NCBI GenBank assembly: GCA_021777915.1
Contig: JAJYCZ010000001.1
Span: forward strand, 1-58,081
Direction: 5' to 3'
DNA from: Pseudomonadota bacterium
GTDB taxonomy: Bacteria; Pseudomonadota; Alphaproteobacteria; Rhizobiales; Beijerinckiaceae
DNA: 58,081 nucleotides
Positions 53,912 through 58,081 of this stretch are shown in pieces. Positions within the stretch are counted from its first letter, which is position 1, and each line of letters opens with the position of its first letter. The notes beneath the pieces were generated by a model, which had not been told where the DNA came from, searched no databases, and was given only the letters and a program-made list of their open reading frames with translations. A program made the translations under genes and the position numbers.

Positions 53912-54288
53912 GAAGCGCCAGTCGGCCTGTAAGCCGGGTTCTGTAAGGCGCCTTGCGGCGCGCGATGGCCATTCCTCTGGGACGGCCGTTACCGGCCGCC
54001 TCTTGCAACCAACCCGGACGACGCCCCGGAGAAGGGTGGGAAATCCCTGTCGTCCCTATTCGGTCTTGCTCCCGGCGGGGCTTGCCATGCCGCCGACGTC
54101 GCCGCCGGCGCGGTGCGCTCTTGCCGCACCCTTTCACCCTTGCCTTTGGCGAGCCAAAGGCGGTTTGCTTTCTGTGGCGCTTTCCCTGGGGTCGCCCCCG
54201 CCGGACGTTATCCGGCGCCGTTTCTCCGTGGAGCCCGGACTTTCCTCCGCCCGTGAAGGCGGCGGCCATCCGGCCGACTGGCGGCTTC
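53912..54288 (-). ncRNA. rnpB: RNase P RNA (class A)
   Basis: GAGGAAAGTCCGGGCTCC, GCCACAGAAA, AGGGTGAAAGGGTGCGGCAAGAGCGCACC, ACAGAACCCGGCTTA; terminal P1 stem GCCAGTCGGCC/GGCCGACTGGC. Confidence 0.96.
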
Positions 54289-54663
54289 GCCATAACAGCC
54301 ATGGGCGCCGCGTCAAGTCTTTTCGGCGTCATAGCCCGCGCCCATCCTCGAATTTCGGGAGTCGCTCCCGAGACGAGCCTCGTCGTGTGTTCGCGTATGT
54401 CTCTTTATTGGCGCGAAGCGATCACGGGGCGATATTGGACCCGATACGAAATCTCCGAATTTTTTTTCGGCGCCCGTTTCCCGCCCATATTGCGGATTCC
54501 AACCGCGACGCGCCGCGTCGCCGGCCGGCGGGGCGACCGCATGAATTGTTAAGCGGACCGTGGCAATTTTGCACTTGTGCGGCGCGCCCGGGCCGTCCAT
54601 CCTTCGCTGTGGTTTTCGCTTGCGGCCGGCCTCCGGGAGGGGACGCCGAGGAGTATCCGATCG

Positions 54664-54954
54664 ATGAAGAAGAGCCTGATGTTAACTCTCGCGCTGGCGA
54701 CGTGCCTTGGCCTCTCCGGCTGCTATACGCCCCAGGATCGGGCGGTCGGCGGCGCCGCACTCGGCGGGGCGACCGGCGCGGCCATTGGCGGACTGGCGAG
54801 CGGCACCGCCGGCGGCGCTGTCGCTGGCGGCATTCTCGGCGCCGCGGCTGGCGGCATCATCGGGGCCAACACGGCCCCGCCGCCGCCCCCCCGCCGCTGC
54901 GCCGAATTCGCCTATGACGATTACGGCGGCCGCCATTGCGTCGCCTGGTTCTGA
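54664..54954 (+). CDS. Small glycine-zipper lipoprotein
   Basis: MKK...LSGC lipobox, GGAALGGATGAAIG repeats, GAGGAG RBS. Confidence 0.85.
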   Translation: MKKSLMLTLALATCLGLSGCYTPQDRAVGGAALGGATGAAIGGLASGTAGGAVAGGILGAAAGGIIGANTAPPPPPRRCAEFAYDDYGGRHCVAWF

Positions 54955-54991
54955 GCGGCTCGAAACTTTTCCGCCAAGGCGGCCCGGCGGC

Positions 54992-55027
54992 AGGGCGTCG
55001 TGAGACGCCCGTCCTGTGACGGGCTAT
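54992..55027 (-). repeat. 36-bp REP-like element, intact copy
   Basis: ATAGCCCGTC-ACAG-GACGGGCGTC-TCAC-GACGCCCT on the minus strand. Confidence 0.7.
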
Positions 55028-55052
55028 CGGGCCGCCTTTTCGATTCCGTGAC

Positions 55053-55808
55053 GTGATGACGCCCGACAGCCCGCTGGTGGATGAAATCCATCCCTCGCCC
55101 AGCCACGGCGAGCGAAAAAAAAGCCCGACCGACATGATCGTGCTGCATTACACCGGCATGCCGACCGGCGAGGCGGCGGTCGCGGTGCTTTGCGCGCCAG
55201 GGTCGCAGGTCTCCTGCCATTATGTGGTGTGGGAGGACGGGAAAATCTGGCAACTCGTCCCCGAATCCCGCCGCGCCTGGCACGCCGGCGCCAGTTTCTG
55301 GGACGGCGAGACCGACATCAATTCGCGCTCGGTCGGCATCGAACTGGTCAACTCCGGCCATGACGGCGGCGCACCGCCGTTTTCCAACGCGCAGATCGAG
55401 GCGACGATCGCCCTGGTCCGCGACATCGCGCGGCGTCTGAACATTCCGCCGCAGCGCATCCTCGCCCATTCGGACGTCGCGCCCGCGCGGAAAAAAGACC
55501 CCGGCGAAATCTTTCCCTGGGCCCGATTGCATGAGACGGGCCTCGGCCATTTGACAGCGCCGGCGCCGATCCGGCCGGGCCGGGCTCTTGAGCCGGGCGC
55601 GATGGGGCCGCCGGTGGCGGCGCTCCAGAAAATGCTGGCGGCTTACGGCTATGAGGTCTCGCCGACCGACGCCTATGACGACAAGACCCGCGACGCCGTC
55701 GCCGCCTTCCAGCGTCATTTCCGGCCGGAAAAGGTCGACGGGATCGCCGATGTTTCGACGGTCGAGACCCTGCGGGATTTGCTCAATAGCCTGCCGGGCG
55801 GATCGTAA
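55053..55808 (+). CDS. N-acetylmuramoyl-L-alanine amidase (Amidase_2 plus PG-binding domain; AmiD/AmpD-like)
   Basis: VLHYT, SCHY, RAWHAG, SVGIELVN, HSDVAP.RK.DPG, AFQRHFRP. Confidence 0.92.
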   Translation: MMTPDSPLVDEIHPSPSHGERKKSPTDMIVLHYTGMPTGEAAVAVLCAPGSQVSCHYVVWEDGKIWQLVPESRRAWHAGASFWDGETDINSRSVGIELVNSGHDGGAPPFSNAQIEATIALVRDIARRLNIPPQRILAHSDVAPARKKDPGEIFPWARLHETGLGHLTAPAPIRPGRALEPGAMGPPVAALQKMLAAYGYEVSPTDAYDDKTRDAVAAFQRHFRPEKVDGIADVSTVETLRDLLNSLPGGS

Positions 55809-55841
55809 GGGCGGCGCGGCGCCGGCTTCGTTTTGCGCGCT

Positions 55842-56912
55842 TCACGCCTGGCGGTTGCAGGCCCGCAGCAGCGCGGCCAGCATGTCGGTCTGGGTGATGA
55901 GGCCGAGGATGCGGTAATCGGGATCGACCACCACCAGCTCATAGACGCCGCCGCTGGCGAAATCGGCGGCGAAATCCAGGATCGGCGTTTCGGGCCGGGC
56001 CACCGGCGCCGCGTTCATGACCGCCGCCACCAGAGCGGCGTCCTCGATCAGATGGCGCGCCTCGACCATGCCGGCGTATACGCCAAGCCGGTTGACCGCG
56101 GGAAGGCAGCGAAGCTGGCGCGACAGCATTTTTTCGCGCGCTTCGGCGATGGTGGCGTCATGGGGAATGGTGATGACATCCCTCGACATGATGTCGCCGC
56201 AACGCGCCGATCCTTTGGTCCGCGCGAAAGCCCGCTCTTCCAGCCGCCACATCAGTTCTTCGAGATCCTCGCGATCGATATCGAAACTCTCGTGCATCTC
56301 GCCGAGCACGGCGTCGAGATCGCGGGCGTCGATCCCGGCGCGGCGCAGCGGCGGCGCGTCGGCCGTCCCATGCAGGCTCTTGCGCGGAACCGCCGCGACG
56401 TGGGGATAGCTGTGTCCCGAGAAACGGTGAAAGATCAGGCCGACCATGACCAGCAGCAGCGAATCGACGCCGATCGGCAGAAAGGCGGACATCACGTCGA
56501 AGGGAATCTTGTGATGCGCCGCCAGCGCGGTCAGAAGCGCGACCGCGCCGCCCGGAGGATGCAGGCAGCGCAGAATCGACATCACGACAATCGCCGCGCC
56601 GACCGCGGCCGCCGTGACCAGAAAAGGATCGGGAACGACCCGGATGGCGGCGAGCGCCACGAGACAGGAAATGACATTGCCGCCGATCACCGGCCACGGC
56701 TGCGCCAGCGGGCTGGAGGGCACGGCGAAGACCAGAACGGCGGAGGCGCCGATCGGCGCGACGATGAGGGGCGAATGCGAGCCGTCGACGCCCAAAGCCA
56801 CCAGCAGGCCCGACAGTCCGATGCCGAAAAAGGCGCCGAGCCCGCCGAGAACCATATCCTTTGGCGTCGCGCCCGGCAGCGCCGGCGCCAAGCGTTTCCA
56901 TGTGGCGCTCAC
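55842..56912 (-). CDS. HPP-family membrane protein with C-terminal CBS pair
   Basis: APIGASAVLVF..P.SPLAQPW, LHPPGGA, CGDIMSRDV, LGLITQTD; GTG start inferred. Confidence 0.88.
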   Translation of the reverse strand: MSATWKRLAPALPGATPKDMVLGGLGAFFGIGLSGLLVALGVDGSHSPLIVAPIGASAVLVFAVPSSPLAQPWPVIGGNVISCLVALAAIRVVPDPFLVTAAAVGAAIVVMSILRCLHPPGGAVALLTALAAHHKIPFDVMSAFLPIGVDSLLLVMVGLIFHRFSGHSYPHVAAVPRKSLHGTADAPPLRRAGIDARDLDAVLGEMHESFDIDREDLEELMWRLEERAFARTKGSARCGDIMSRDVITIPHDATIAEAREKMLSRQLRCLPAVNRLGVYAGMVEARHLIEDAALVAAVMNAAPVARPETPILDFAADFASGGVYELVVVDPDYRILGLITQTDMLAALLRACNRQA

Positions 56913-57019
56913 GCCATCCCCCTGCTGATCTGCCTGTTTTTTGCGCTTTTTGTCACAGCAGCAGGCGACCGGCAAGAGTAAGGCAGGAACGGCTCCGTCC
57001 TTGCGCACAGAAATCCTGT

Positions 57020-57784
57020 TCAGCGCAATTCCCATTCGCAGATCTTGTTGCCGTCGCGGCGCGGTTCGAGATCGAGATGGACGTGGCTCTCGTGTTCGGG
57101 GTCGGCGCCCGGCCCCAGCACGGTGGAGAAGCGTCGGCAGGCGCTGGCCCGCAGATGCGACGCCAGATCGAGATCGTTGGCCCGGCTCGCCAGCAAGAAA
57201 ACATGGCCGTCCGCGAATTGCGCCGAGGTCAGATCGATTGCATTGCCGCGCGCATGTTCGGACAATTGGCCGCCGGACTGGCGATTGCGCTTCCGACACT
57301 CATAGCCGCCGACGCCGGCGAGGCGAACGACCCGGCCGGCTTTGGCCTCGAGGGAGGGGATCAGGTCGCCCGCGATCCAGCCCGCCGCCTCGGTCGCGAA
57401 ATCGCAACGAAGCACCGGGTGCGGCTCGATCGGGATGCGCCGCTTGTCGGCGAGGATCACCGCGTCGAGCGATAAAGGCGCGGCGATTCCGCAGCCATTC
57501 GGACCCATGATCGGCGCGACCCGCCTCGCCTCGACCGTCCCGCTCGCCAGCAAGGAATCGCACGTCGCCGGATCCTCCGGATGCTCGGCCAGAGGCGCCG
57601 GCATGGGCGTCGGCGCAAGCTCCGGAGGCGGGTTGGACGGCGACAGGTCGGCGGGTCGCGGCGGCGGCATGGGCGGCGCCAGGGCCGGCGCCGTAACTTC
57701 GGCGGGCCGCGGCGGCGGCGTCGGCGCCCCCGCTGCCGAAACCACGGTCAGCGCGAAGACGCAGCCGGCGTGGAACGCGCGCAT
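57020..57784 (-). CDS. Extensin-like C-terminal domain protein
   Basis: Pro-rich N-terminus, CGI..P, YECR.RN, SEHA.GNAID, VLGPG.D..H..H.HLD. Confidence 0.85.
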   Translation of the reverse strand: MRAFHAGCVFALTVVSAAGAPTPPPRPAEVTAPALAPPMPPPRPADLSPSNPPPELAPTPMPAPLAEHPEDPATCDSLLASGTVEARRVAPIMGPNGCGIAAPLSLDAVILADKRRIPIEPHPVLRCDFATEAAGWIAGDLIPSLEAKAGRVVRLAGVGGYECRKRNRQSGGQLSEHARGNAIDLTSAQFADGHVFLLASRANDLDLASHLRASACRRFSTVLGPGADPEHESHVHLDLEPRRDGNKICEWELR

Positions 57785-57890
57785 CCGGTCCTCCCGAGAG
57801 GCGCCGCATTTTCACTTGACGCTCTCAGGGACTTAATCCGTCAGGGCGGCGTGGGTTTCACCCCGCTCGCCGGATTGTGAACAGCGCCGT

Positions 57891-58081
57891 TCAGCCGCCC
57901 GCCGTCCGGTAATTCAGCACCGGCGCCAACCAGCGCTCGACTTCCGCCACGCTCATGTTTTTCCGCGTCGCGTAATCCTCAACCTGATCCCGCTCGACCT
58001 TGGCGACCCCGAAATAATGGGCTTGCGGATGCGCCAGATAGAGTCCGCTGACCGAAGCGCCGGGCTGCATCGCAAAACTTT
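57891..58081 (-). CDS. metH: 3' end of B12-dependent methionine synthase (partial)
   Basis: ...[56 protein letters not shown] reactivation-domain terminus. Confidence 0.9.
   Translation of the reverse strand, partial: SFAMQPGASVSGLYLAHPQAHYFGVAKVERDQVEDYATRKNMSVAEVERWLAPVLNYRTAGG

Noticed and set aside
53871-54917. ORFs 53871-54332, 53910-54917 and 53953-54552
   Set aside because: They overlap the RNase P RNA gene and have no protein motifs.

Overview
High-GC alphaproteobacterial (Hyphomicrobiales/Rhizobiales-type) chromosome segment in two parts. (1) 1-~17870 is one end of an integrative element abutting the 3' end of tRNA-Gly(GCC). It has ICE backbone genes (methyltransferase/helicase, ParB-like, DUF932, small conserved ORFs) and a nine-gene, tightly coupled type I restriction-modification operon: half-HsdS, hsdM, RhuM, GIY-YIG/DUF4357, hsdS, HAD hydrolase, DUF4917/SIR2-like protein, hsdR, M48 peptidase. 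The HAD + SIR2-like pair between hsdS and hsdR, the position PrrC occupies in EcoprrI, is the best candidate for an undescribed defence module. (2) ~17950-58081 is mostly core genome: ybbN, glnK-amtB-tesB-glnK plus an internally deleted amtB ghost, tRNA-Arg(CCT) followed by an islet with a decayed and an intact sulfur-globule-like Gly/Trp/Pro-rich secreted protein gene, ligA-recN-bamD-lpxC, the dcw cluster (with a glutamine amidotransferase inserted between murC and murB, and no mraZ), rnpB, an amidase, HPP/CBS and extensin-family genes, and the 3' end of metH. All family calls come from motif recognition by eye; no database searches were run.
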